A DNA stretch of 64,000 bases from Octopus bimaculoides (GCF_001194135.2 NC_069001.1:22625904-22689903), one strand, 5' to 3'; counted from the stretch's first letter, positions 27,479 to 42,629 are shown. Program-made: numbers and translations. Notes: a model not told the origin generated them from the sequence alone.

Positions 27479-27739
27479 TTTTAAAGAATCGACTTAGATT
27501 CAAAATATATTTATCTCCAAATATAAGTAGGGCGCAAGACTGCACTTATGCGCTTTTATCCATGTGTTTACTTTCGTTGTTTTCTTGTTTTTGTTTTGGT
27601 TTAACCGTTGCCATTGAATGGCATTTTTTACACTTATAGTTCAACATAGCGAGAGGTTTGCTCACTGATGCTACAGAAAGAGCAATTTTCAGACAATGTT
27701 GACACTTGCTACTGACTACTTTGTTTTTCGTTGTTGTAG

Positions 27740-27918
27740 AATGTACATCTACAATATAATCTATTGGTTTTTATTATTGAAAGTGTCGTGGGGAGATTTG
27801 CTGTCGTTCAGAGAATGTCTCGTTGCTGGACCCGTTTTTGTTGCAGAAAAGCTGCATGTAGAACAACTGAAGCAAACCCGTGAACATTTAACTGAAATAT
27901 TTATTGTCGCACATAAAG
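27740..27918 (+). CDS. Candidate coding exon, unidentified
   Basis: Acceptor tttttcgttgttgtag|, ATG at 27741 and donor AAG|GTATTT at 27919. Peptide MYIYNIIYWFLLLKVSWGDLLSFRECLVAGPVFVAEKLHVEQLKQTREHLTEIFIVAHK has a hydrophobic, signal-peptide-like start. It lies in non-repetitive sequence. Confidence 0.4.
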
Positions 27919-28999
27919 GTATTTAGTGTTGGCTATTTCCAATGAACAGTATTAATAAGTGCTGACAGAGTGGAAAAAACTACTTTGAAATTATAGAAAG
28001 CTATTTTGTGACAACATCCGGTTAGTCATCTGCACATATCTCCGTGGCGTTGGAGGTCCGTTAGCCGTCTGCATGGCAAGAGTGAAGACTCAAGTCAGCC
28101 AGCCACCTTTAACACTACGATTAGAAAAGCGCAAAAAAAAGCGATTTTTAAAAATGGAACCTGAAGAAAATTCGAGAAAACCATACCACGTCATAGCCTC
28201 ACGCTTATTGATCAATTTATAGAGCAATGAAGTGAAACTATAGTGGTTCACAGGTGGTGTCTGACGGGGTATCTAGCGGTTAGGATCCAAACAACCGCTA
28301 CAAATATGCAGCTTTTTTTACACTGCTGACAATTTCAAATGACTTTACAGCTTTTCCACACTGTTGAGTGTTGCTATTCGCCATATAACATTCGCTCATC
28401 GTTGACTATTGATATAGTGACGGTTTCATAATCTGTTAGCAGCAGCTACTGACTGTGCACACGTTCAGCTGACAGAACCGTTTGTATATTGTGTTAACAA
28501 TTGTTACGGATTGTACATTTTCTTTTCTTTCTGTAGACTGTAGGATGCAGATTTAACACATTTCATATTCCGCTGAGTCTTAGTTCTGATATTAGAGATT
28601 TCATGATCCGTTAAACGTTGCTATTAGATGTATTATTTTCTAAAATGCCAAAAGTTGCTACAGACTTTACAGCTTTCATTTTCTGTATATTCAGGTTTCA
28701 TAAAATTGTGATTACCTAAAACTAGAATTTTTAAGAGTCTCGTAATAAGTAAGCAATATANNNNNNNNNNNNNNNNNNNNNNNNNNNNNNNNNNNNNNNN
28801 NNNNNNNAACTTCTAACCCTCCAAGTATTATATTAATTATCCGTTCGAGGACTCTGCATGATGATATCGATTTACATTAGAGCTAGGTGTTACCAGTACA
28901 TTTAGATTAAACTCCAATTTACGAAGTATAGATTTTTTTATTTGCATCCATTTAGCCACGCTAGAATATGTAAAGTTGTGCTTATCATTGCTGTGGTTA

Positions 29000-29165
29000 A
29001 GGTGGTGAACTGGCACAATTGTTAATGTGTCGAACGAAAATACTTAGACGCACCTTTTACGGCCATTTGCTTTCTGAGTACAAACACCGTCAAGATCAAC
29101 TATGGCTTTCATTATTTCGGAGTCAATGAAATAAAGTACCAGTCAAGAGCTGAGGTCGATGATAT
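29000..29165 (+). repeat. SINE family A copy, diverged
   Basis: aaggtggtgaactggcac..ttctgagt..taaagtaccagtc..gaggtcgat. Confidence 0.6.
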
Positions 29166-29794
29166 CAGCCATGAAGTAGGATGGATTTTTACTTTAACAC
29201 AGGAAAATTTAAGCAACAAGTCATATATACTTTGTTTAAAAATACCATCTTACAACTACCTTGAATGTTTCAGGGTCTAGGACAGGGAATATAGCTTAAC
29301 GTAAATTTATGCAAATTTATTTTATATGCAGGTCAATAAATATGCCAAACACATCTTTCAAATCTTAGTTTTCAAATGGGCACACTTATTTGTTTTGTTT
29401 TTCTAGCGGAGATTTAAGAAAAAATACCTTATACACAGAATAAAGTACTCTTAAAGAGTAATACATAGCACAGAGGTAGTGAACACTTGGTTTGGTGGCG
29501 GTGTCTAATAGATATTCTTGCTGTGGTTTCCTTTGTAACTTTCCGCCTGCTTAACAGTTTAAGTTTAAGTCTCGTTCCTACTGAACCAAACTTAATTGTT
29601 AAATCAAATGTCAATAACCGTTGCTATCAGTGAAGTGAAGTGTGAAATCACCATAAAAAGAAGGGGCAATGGAGTCGGTGATTAAAACCTGATTATTTAC
29701 ATGCAGTGTGTAGAAAGCGTTTGTATCGGCTCAGTTATGTTGTGAATTAGTGAGTATATATCAAAACATCACTCTCTCCCCCCTCTCTCTCTCT

Positions 29795-29837
<43 letters not shown>

Positions 29838-29959
29838 ATGCATTTATCTGCCTATCTAGTTATTTATCTATCTATAAGCATACATATATGTATGAATCAA
29901 AAAACATCAATATGTATTCTAATTTGCATGTACTTTAATTTCTAGCATGTATGCATATG

Positions 29960-30278
29960 CCTGAAAGGCATGGCAGTGTGGTAAGAAGTTTTATTCCCTG
30001 CCGCATGGTTCTGGGCTCAAACCCCACAGCGTGACACCTTCGACAGGTATATTCTACTATAGCCTCGGGCTGACAAAAGATTTTTGGCTGGATTTGCTGA
30101 GTGGATTTCAGAAGCTGAAAATAGCCCGTCGTAAATACGTGTATGTGTATCGTTGTGTGTGTGTGTGTGTGTGTGTGTGTCTTTGTGTTTGTGTTTGTAC
30201 CCCACTACGCTTGACAACCAGTGCTAATATGTTTACGTCCTCGTAACCTAGAGGTTTGGCAAAAGGCTTGATAGAGTT
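29960..30278 (+). repeat. SINE family B copy, ends at gap
   Basis: Same head, internal (TG)n and start of the 3' half. Confidence 0.85.
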
Positions 30279-30339
30279 NNNNNNNNNNNNNNNNNNNNNN
30301 NNNNNNNNNNNNTATATATATATATATATATATATCATA

Positions 30340-32880
30340 CAGATAGATATAAATAATTATTATTATTTTGTTAATGAGATTGTACTCAATAAGGCCCTAA
30401 TTTATGCAATGAATAAGGTAGGAATGACTTATGATGAAGTTAATGTAGCTAAAACGGCTAGGAAATCGTTGATTATATATAATAATAAATTTTGGGCTGG
30501 GAAGGATACTAGGGACTAATGGATATACCTATTGGGGCAGCCGATTCTGGACAGACAAACTGATTTAGTAGGTATTTATTTATTATCAGAACTTCAATTA
30601 AAAAATTAAAGTTGGAGAGTGGTTTATATAGGGATGACCTTTTATTAATAACTAAGGATTGCACCAATAGAACACTAGAATTATATAAGAAGAAACTATA
30701 TAGTTTTTTTTTAAGATATGGATTAAGCATAACTATATATAATGAGAACTATAATGTTAATTACTTAGATGCTAATTTGAATTCTATAACAGGTAAGACC
30801 CAACCATTCCATAAAATTAATGAAAACATTAGATATATTAATGCTAATAGTAATCATCCACCCTCGATTAAGAAATTATTGACAAGTAATATAGGTAAAA
30901 GAATATCGCTACTTTCTTCTAATGTTAAGATTTTCCAAAAATACGCACCTTATTATAACGACGCCACGCGGGAGGCGGGATATAATAATAATATTAAATT
31001 CTTTAATAATTTTAAATATAATTATAATATAAAAGATTAGAATTTAAACGATTCCTATGTTTTTTATAATAATAAACCTAACATGAATAATTATGATAAG
31101 TTTTATTTAGGTAATTATAGTATTAGTAACAGGGATTATGATAATACAAAACATAAATATAATAATAGTAGACTAAAACATAACATTAAATTTAATTCTT
31201 TCATTAATAATAATATATTTTATAATATGAAAAATAAATGTAATAATATAAATAATAAGAACAAAATTTGGTTCATTATTCCTTATGGAGTTCAAGTTAA
31301 AACAAACATTATTAAAGAAATTTTAAGTCTGATTGAGGTATTCCTTAGAGATAATAAAGATATAATAATATTTTTTCTAGTGATACTTTTGGAGTTGGTT
31401 ACTCTACTACTAATAATGTTAGTAATATTATTTCTTCTTTTAATAAATTTAAGCTGAATAAGTATTATGAAGACAAATCAACTAATTATTCCAATAATAA
31501 TAATACAGACCAGAACATAATTAATAGTACATGTAGAGATAAAAATAAATGTAAATTTAATAATAACTGTAATTTGGACGATATAGTATATAAATGTGTA
31601 GTGACTTTGCTTGACGATAATAATATGAATGGTTATAATTCAAATACTATTTACATAGAGTCGACTTCTAACAAAATGAAATTACGCGTGGCTCAACATA
31701 TGAATTCTTTTAAGAATAGAAATTTAATTAATTCTACTGGCCTTAGTAAGTATATATGGGAATTAAAATCTAATAATATTATGTACAATTTAAATTGGGA
31801 GATAGTTTGTAAGGCTAAATCTTATCGAATAGGTAGTGCTTTTTGTTTATTATGTACTAATGAATTTAAGGAGATATTATTAACTGATAATAAAAAATTG
31901 ATTAATTCCCTAGATGAACGAAAAATTAAATGCAGTCATAAGTTAAATTACTTATATAATAAGTTTAGCTAAGTTATGTATTTATATAAGCCCTATTTTA
32001 TATTACTAATTGTTGTAGTTATGATTTGTAGTTGTAGAATGTTTATAAATAAGCATGAGATTATAAAGGATATATTACATATTTAGAATAAGATTAAACT
32101 AAGATGTTTATAAGATAAAATAAATATATTAATTAATTAATTAAAATAGATTATATTATTGTAATTTAGCTTCATTTTTGTGTATCATATATAATGTATT
32201 TTACGTATTTTAGATTTAAGCTATTTAGACGTTAGAATTTTCAAGTAAATGATATACTACAGTTAATTTTTTCCTTATTCTCACATCTAAAATACATTAA
32301 GTCATATTAACGGTTTAAATACACATTTCTATCTCATTATTCCTTTTTTTTTTTTATTTAAGCCGTATTTTCACGCGATATATTTCGTATAAACGCTAAG
32401 TTCTAGGTATTACGTTTAAAAGTTTAGATTAACAGCATTTCTTCGATAAGATAAGTTTGATTTTATTTTAAGAAATATTGTTGAATGTTTTTCAATTATT
32501 TATTTATTTATTGTTAAAACAAGTATTTTCTTTATATATTTATTTGATATTTATTATAAGTTACAATACATATATTGATTTCTATCATCATTCTTATAAT
32601 TATTTACATTTTATTTTAGACCTGACGAGTGACTATGTTTTTGAATACATTTAATTATAGATCGATTTGATTGTTAATCGAACTATTAATTGAATTGGTT
32701 TTATTAGTTATCTATTTGAATATATAGCCACGAAACGTGCGTAGTCATTTTTATACCATTTACTAGTTATTCTTTTATGTACTTTATTGATTTTTAGAAG
32801 AAGGTTTTTATGATATTTATTTTCTAGTGGGTATGAATTACATTCTTCATTATTGAATTGTTTAATAGTAGTTTTTCTCT
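30340..32880 (+). mobile_element. Penelope-like retroelement (RT + C-terminal GIY-YIG endonuclease + pLTR-like 3' region), 5'-truncated and disrupted by stops/frameshifts
   Basis: Translations give MDIPIGAADSGQT-x-DLVGIYLL, SGLYRDD, VNYLD, YINANSNHPPSI (RT, 30500-31040), IWFIIPYGVQVKTNI, a TCRDKNKCKFNNNCNLDDIVYKC cysteine cluster, and IYIESTS..LRVAQH..SKYIWELK..WEIV..CLLCTNE (GIY-YIG, 31574-31972). An HHR motif follows downstream, as is typical of PLE pLTRs. Confidence 0.9.
32619..32746 (+). ncRNA. Type I hammerhead ribozyme with extended stem II
   Basis: GAC(32619-21), CTGACGA(32622-28), stem II 32629-32731 (17/19 paired, G-C closing pair), GAAA(32732-35), C-GTGC-GT, A32743 (cleavage site), GTC(32744-46). 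Folded by eye. Confidence 0.75.
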
Positions 32881-32960
32881 AAATGTTATATGTGTATATN
32901 NNNNNNNNNNNNNNNNNNNNNNNNNNNNNNNNNNNNNNNNNNNNNNNNNNNNNNNNNTAT

Positions 32961-33017
32961 CTAATGTTAGTTAAAGTTTCGTAGGCTTTTCATATAAACC
33001 TAGCTCGTCAGGCTTAG
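32961..33017 (-). ncRNA. Degenerate hammerhead ribozyme motif (opposite strand to 32619-32746)
   Basis: Reverse complement reads CTAAGC-CTGACGA-GCTAGGTTT..AAGCCTAC-GAAAC-TTTAA-CT-A-ACATTAG. The core and stem II are present; the stem III G appears replaced by C and stem I is imperfect. Confidence 0.45.
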
Positions 33018-33789
33018 CCGGCCGAATGGAGAAATGGGGGAGTTCATGATGGTTATTATAGACTGGGCTACGCTACTATTGGTTAAGGCATGTCACTTGG
33101 TATTGCTGATATTGGTATTGAAATATCAGTTACATCAAATAGAGATCCCATATACATTGTGACTGTAAGAAAAATCCTTTTTCAAAAACTTCTCTTTAGA
33201 CATCTAAACAATTGATACAATATCAGAATCAGACAAGGTAAAAATTAGTAGCTGAACTGAATGTAATTGAAAGGATCTTAGCAGAAATATCAAATGAATT
33301 GAAACTTCTTTCAAACGAATTCCGCCCACATCAGCATTTCGATAACTAGAACAAACCGATAATCACAGGGGAAGAGTAGAAATTTTGTTGGCATTGAAAC
33401 AGCTAGCAAATCCCAAGGGATGTTTGAGTTCGACTACTGTGATATCAACAGGAACATGACTCTCAGATGTGCAGGATATAACAAAGGAGTGAAATACTTA
33501 AAGAATTAATTAAAGAATAAAGCATATAAATAGAGAAACCGGGTGAAGGTCTGAGATTGATTATTTAATTATAGAAAACCAGTCTCTCGGAAGACACTTA
33601 AGAACAAAATAACTGTCAGATACATAGGAAAAGTCATTATCATCCTCATCAATTAGCAAGGGTAACAGGATTTTGGCATGATTTCTACGGCTGGAGGCCC
33701 TTCCTAATACTAACCACTCCATAGAGAGTGCTGGGTGCCTTTGAATGTCATCGGCAATGGCCACAACTACGATTTCAAGATGAGAAAGG

Positions 33790-34508
33790 GTCAAATTTTA
33801 TCCTAAGCCATCAAGGACAAGAGGAAAGACCGCGCTACGATGCTTTTGAACAAATTCTAGCATCCCCTCCAACCGAACATGCTTCGGTTTTTCTCAGACG
33901 AGATCAGATGGTGAACAGACAGAACAACCGAGAGGGATAAAAATCAAACATCCAGTCAACCATCATGGTGTTTGGAGTGATCATTGGTGATGGTGACTTT
34001 ATACCTCCATTCATCTTTCCACAAGGCCTCACACTCAACACGGAGGCCTACACATGCTGGAAGACCCGATGTCTGGCATCAGGGCTTTGCACCATGCCTC
34101 ACAAGCAGGAGATTCCAGTCATGGCTGTCAGACAATTTCTGCGACCACATCACTCCTAACATCTGGCCACCTAACTCCCCAGACTGAAGCCCCCTTGAGT
34201 ATTATGTGTGGGGCGCAGTTGAGCGAGAAAACAACAAAACTCCTTGTAATACCAAAGATGAATTGAAGGCAAGGATTATGGCAGCATTCGCCAACTTAAA
34301 CAAGGAGACCATCCAGAAGAGTTGCTGGATATTTCGAAGTCGTCTGGAGGCCGTGGTTGAAGCTAATGGCGATTTCACTGAATAAATTTACTCTTTAGTA
34401 TTTCAATATATGTTTATGTAATTTTGTTAAATATATCCGCTAAAATAAGATATCAGTGTTATTTTCATTTTTGCGTAACTCAGACGACGATTTATTTACC
34501 GCACCCTG
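33790..34508 (+). mobile_element. Tc1/maT-type transposon remnant with right TIR
   Basis: IMVFGVI..DG..IPPFIFP, WLSDNFCDHITPNIWPPNSPD-SPLEYYVWG. It ends ..CCGCACCCTG followed by TA. Confidence 0.8.
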
Positions 34509-34576
<68 letters not shown>

Positions 34577-34864
34577 TGAGTATGTGTGTGTGTGTGTATT
34601 TGTTTTTATGTTCAATTATAATAAAAACAATTTTATATTAATAGAAAAGATTACGCCATACATTTGTAGAGCACAAATTTATTGTTCTGAAGCAAGAATT
34701 GTACTGATTGTGACTTCAAAAATTCAGGCAGCTAAGCCATCATCATTCTAATGATGGCTTAGGTGGATGAAAGTTTGAAATCACTGTCAATACTAATCTT
34801 ATTAGTAGTTGCAATGATTTTAAGATAGCTCTACACAATATAGTCTCGGTCTGACCAAAGCCTA

Positions 34865-35852
34865 ATGAATGAATTTTGCCGATGGAAACTGAAAGAAGTC
34901 TGTTGTATATATTTGTATATATATATATCTATGTGTGTGTGTGTCATTGTGTCTGTGTTTGTCTCTCACCACCATGTGTTTACTTCCCCGTAACTCAACG
35001 GTTCGGCAAAAGACTTCAATAGAGTAAGTAGTAGGCTTTAAAAAAATGTCCTGGTATCGATTTGTTCGACTGCAATCCTTCAAGCGGTCAAATGACTAAA
35101 AGAAATAAGAGATAAAAGATAAAAAATATGTGTGGGAGGGTGGGCGTATTATTTAGTCATTTACTTGTTTCAGTCATTTGACTGTGGCCATGCTGGAGCA
35201 CCGTCTTTAGTCGAACAAATCGATCCCACGACTTATTCTTTGTAAGCCTAGTACTTATTCTATCGGTTTCTTTTGCCGAACCGCTAAGTCACGGGGATGT
35301 AAACACACCAGCATCAGGTGGGAGGACAGGCACAAACACACGCAAATATGTTCATATGTATATATAAATATACGACGGGATTCTTTCAGTTTCCCTCTAC
35401 CAAATCCACTCACAAGGCTTTGGTCTGGCCGAGGCTATAGTAGAATTCACCTAGAATTGAACCTAGAACCATGTGGTTGGAAACCAAGTTTCTTATCACA
35501 CAGCCACGCTATATGTTTGTATGTGTGTATGTGTGTGTGCGTGTGTGTGTGTGTGTGTACATATGTGTGTGTGTACATGTGTGAAGGCGCGTAGCCTAGT
35601 GGTTAGATCGTTGCGCTTGCAATTGCTAGATAGTGGGTTCGATTCCCAGTCTGGGAGGGACGTTGCATTTTTGAGCAAAACACTTCATTTCACGTTGCTC
35701 CAGTCCCCCTTTCGATCGGGGGATGGGATGGAATGTTGACCTACTCGCCTAGCCAACAGGGTAGCGTCGTTTGAAGGCTAAAATGCTGCAAATCACATTG
35801 TAACCAGTGATGTGTGACAATATTTGATATTCTTGTCGGTCACATGATCATT

Positions 35853-35902
<50 letters not shown>

Positions 35903-36085
35903 TTATTCTTTTACTTGTTCCAGTCGTCTTTTGACCGAGGCCATGCTGGAGCACTGCTTTGAAGAATTTTAGTCAAACAAATCTATCCAAAGACTTATTT
36001 TTTAATTCTGAGTCTATCAGAATCTTTCGCTGAACCACTAAGTTATGGGGATATAAACACACCAACATCGGTTGTCAGGCCACAT
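34865..36085. repeat. SINE cluster: B (+, 34865-35125), B (-, 35155-35510), C (+, 35586-35830), B 3' half (-, 35900-36085)
   Basis: Diagnostic B motifs in both orientations. The family C head has A box TAGCCTAGTGG (35592-35602) and B box GGTTCGATTCC (35636-35646). Confidence 0.85.
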
Positions 36086-36299
36086 GTCTATATATATGTA
36101 TCTTTGTAGATGGAGGAATGGATGGATAGAAAATCTTTTAATCAAGCATCACAAAGTGTTGGTATCCAAAGAGTAGTTGCAATGATTTTAAGATGGTGTG
36201 ATGATGAAGGAAAGTCTCTTTAAACTGAAACCCTGATTCAAATGCTTGTAACAGAGTGGAGTCCATCATTATTTTCTAAGGGAAAGTGGTGATGTTGAT

Positions 36300-36520
36300 C
36301 TAGATGACAGACAAATCCAAGCAAGTCAAATCAGGATTTGAACTCAAAACACAAGATCTAAAAGAAGGCATCTCACCTGATGCTTTAACCATATCCACTT
36401 GACACCACTGTCCCAGACTGGTGGTTTATCTATCGACCTTAGAAGGATGATAAGCCAAAATGATTTCAGTGGGATTTGAGATCAGACACAAGATTCTGGA
36501 ATAAATTCTGCAAGGCATGT
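36300..36520 (-). repeat. SINE family A remnants, diverged
   Basis: ggatttgaactcaaaac and tatcgaccttagaaggatga..gggatttgagatcaga. Confidence 0.55.
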
Positions 36521-36994
36521 TTCATGGTGCATTTGCTATGTTTCAGAAAAATCCCATGCAAATAAGACCATATAAAAGGCATAATTCCCATTATGAACAC
36601 CTTATAAGACAAGATTACACTTGGTTCCCCTAAATTTGGCTTTTAACTCAATGCTGCATTCAGAGCAATGCTATTCATATTTGATTAGAGATAGAAATTT
36701 ACTATTTGCTGTGTGGTGTCATAATATAATGACGACTGAGAGTTTTCTCCATTTCACAGTGACACCACACAAGGATTGAGGTCAATGTTCTTCTGAATTT
36801 CTCATCACATGATCATGAATTTAAATCGTACAGCAACCATTTAGCAAGGTACATAAAATTCTCATTATCTCAGATTACATCATTGGTAAATATTCTGACT
36901 CTTCAAATGCCAGTGGTAAATTATGCTTCTTTGAAAATCTTCAAATGTCTTGAAAAATATTTGCAGTTTGAAGAAAAACAAATTATTCCAAATA

Positions 36995-37163
36995 TAGGTA
37001 CACACATGGTTGTGTGGTAAGAAGTTTGCTTCCAAACCATTTAACTCCAGACTCAGTCCTGGGGTTATGTAGTGGCATCTTGGGCAAGTGTCTTCAACTA
37101 TAACCCCAGGCCAATCAAAGCCTTGTGAGTGAATTTGGTAGGTGGAAACTGGAAGAAACGACA

Positions 37164-37165
<2 letters not shown>
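36995..37165 (+). repeat. SINE family B 5' half
   Basis: gttgtgtggtaagaagtttgc..cttgggcaagtgtcttc..aaagccttgtgagtgaatttggtag..ggaaactg. Confidence 0.85.
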
Positions 37166-37194
<29 letters not shown>

Positions 37195-37394
37195 TGTATG
37201 TATATGTATGTATATATCTATATCTATATCTCTCTATATATATACTTACATAAATGAAGAAACATTGATTTCTGTTCCTCTGAGAAGGGACCTGATGTGA
37301 GATGTCTTGCTTACCTGTGACTTTCTTTCAGGGGTTCTATCACCAGGCACGTTGAGAATATATTCTCTTATATGCAGCCGATCTACGAACTAAC

Positions 37395-37459
<65 letters not shown>

Positions 37460-37889
37460 NNNNNNNNNNCACACACACACACACACACCCCTTGCGTAAG
37501 GGTATTTGATTTTGTTTAAATATCTTGAGCTGCTTCTAATTCATATTTGACATGCTAGCATATGATTTTCAAACCATTTAGCATAGAGTCACATATGGCG
37601 ATATAGCTTGAAGCAGGCCTTGTTCAGTACATGGCATTGAAAAATTACAACAATGATGAAACATCAATGTCTGTTGCTCCAAGAAGGGACCTGATGTCTT
37701 ACTTGACTATGACCTACTTTCAGGTGTTTTAACACCTGGTGCGTTGAGAATATATTCCCTTATGCCAGCCCATGAACTAGCAACACACACATGCCTTGCA
37801 TCTGTGTGTTCTAGTTTGTTTATAAACCTGAAGCTGCTTCTAATCTATATTTGAATATATATTAATATACATGTGTATGTACATAAGTA

Positions 37890-38110
37890 TATGTCTGTGT
37901 GCATGTGTCTTTGTGATTGCGTTTGTCACCTACTACCACTTGACAGACTGGTTTTGCCTATGCCATCATAATTTAGTGATTGAACATAAGAGAATAAATA
38001 AAATAACAGTCTTTAAAAAAAATGTCCTGGAGTTGATTCATTTGACTAAAATCCTTGAAGGCAGTGCTCCAGCATAACCACAATAAATGAGACAAGTAAG
38101 AAATAAAAGA
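37890..38110 (+). repeat. SINE family B 3' half
   Basis: ccacttgacagactg..gtcctggagttgattcatttgact..gaaggcagtgctccagcat. Confidence 0.75.
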
Positions 38111-38204
38111 AAGATATAGCTAATCTCACATATTCAAGGTTGGGAAAATGAATATAAATTAGGATAAGAAAATTAACACCTTTCTATTGTGTATGTATCC
38201 ACAT

Positions 38205-38422
38205 CTTAACCCATTACCTCCCTTAATTCTATTAACTGGAATTTTTTTATGAAACTTTGATTTCTAGCATAAAACAGCCTTAGATAAACGCTGGAAGGAT
38301 CAAAATAACATTTCAAAACAGCATTTCAAAGTAACATTTTAGATAGAAATAAGCGAGATATTGGGTGAAAAATTAGCAAACCTCATTTGAATATCTACCT
38401 AGTAGATTAGCAAAAAGGTTAG
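38205..38422. mobile_element. piggyBac-like MITE (tentative)
   Basis: TTAACCCATTACC at left and GCAAAAAGGTTAG at right form a weak inverted match. Confidence 0.3.
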
Positions 38423-38599
38423 ATATGTGTAAATATTGACAGATAATTACGAAATTTGTAATTTTTAAGTGATCTCATATGAGATCACTTGTAGGTAATG
38501 GATTAATGAATTAGAGAGTATTAAAACCATTGTAGCCTATTCCAAGATCTCATTGACACCTAACTAAACCATATTCATTTGAAATTTTAGTGCAAGGCT

Positions 38600-38725
38600 A
38601 GATACTGACCCTGAAAGAATGAAAGGCAAAGTTGACCTCAGTGGGATTTGAACTCAAAACATAAAGACAGATGAAATACTGCTAAGCATTTTGCTGTGTG
38701 TGCTAACAACCCTACCAGCTTTGCA
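38600..38725 (-). repeat. SINE family A copy
   Basis: gaccctgaaagaatgaaaggcaaagttgacctcagtgggatttgaactc..gctaagcattt. Confidence 0.85.
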
Positions 38726-39089
38726 GCCTTACCTACCTTAACAGTATTACCATCAGCATTACGTATGTCCAACACACAAACCCTGTTTGCACAATGTTGA
38801 TTGTTTTTATTATTCATATCATGGAATTAAAGAATTTAGTTATGGTAAATAATTTGTCATGCATTTACCATTCTTGGTTCACAAGATTGATTCCAGCACA
38901 TTGATATGGCAACTAATGTGTATACAGCTATCAAAGTGTATTCTTCATAGATGTACACGTGTGAAATTATATATCAAATATGTGCGTACACATGTGTGTA
39001 ATAAGAAATACATGAATGATATTATTTTTAAAACCAGCATCCAATCAAAGCTATCTAATTTCAATACAAGATATTTAAATGAATACATA

Positions 39090-42020
<2,931 letters not shown>

Positions 42021-42629
42021 CTAACCTTTTCTTTTACTCTAATTCCCTCATCATTACAGACAAACTTGAATCTTACTTCACAAATTTCTCTCACTTCTTC
42101 ATTTATAAAAATTAACATTGTCTTCATTAATTTCTCACCAGTCTCATTAATCTTATTGTATTAATCGAATTCTGTATTTGATGACCAGCAACTTGGTAGT
42201 AAGGTTTAAATTCGGTTGATGGAAACTGTGCCAAAGTCACATAGACTAGTGGCACTTCCAGACATTTTATGGAATTAATGGTAAACTTACCGGGTTACTT
42301 CTGAAAGCTTAATGCAAATCATCTGAAAGTGTAGCCTGTGTTGTGTCTGTATGGAAAGACTGTCGCTCATCTTCTGCTCACTGAAAAATGAAAGAAACTG
42401 GGAATACAATGATAGTTTTATATATTCATTTTATACACTTTATGCACAATTTTATAGACTTAATACAAGCACTCTCCCTCTCTCTCTCACAATTTGCCTT
42501 ACTCTCTTTTCTTCTCTCTGCTTTTTCTTTCCCCCTTTGTCTTTTCCCTTCAGCTAATAATGGGAAGGTGTTACAGACTGGCTAAGTAACAGAGGGAAAA
42601 AAAACTTAGTTCAAAAGAAAATTACACAT

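Noticed and set aside
35586-35660. tRNA-like sequence with good A and B boxes
   Set aside because: The acceptor stem does not close and it runs directly into a SINE body also seen at 43850-44180, so it is a SINE head rather than a tRNA gene.
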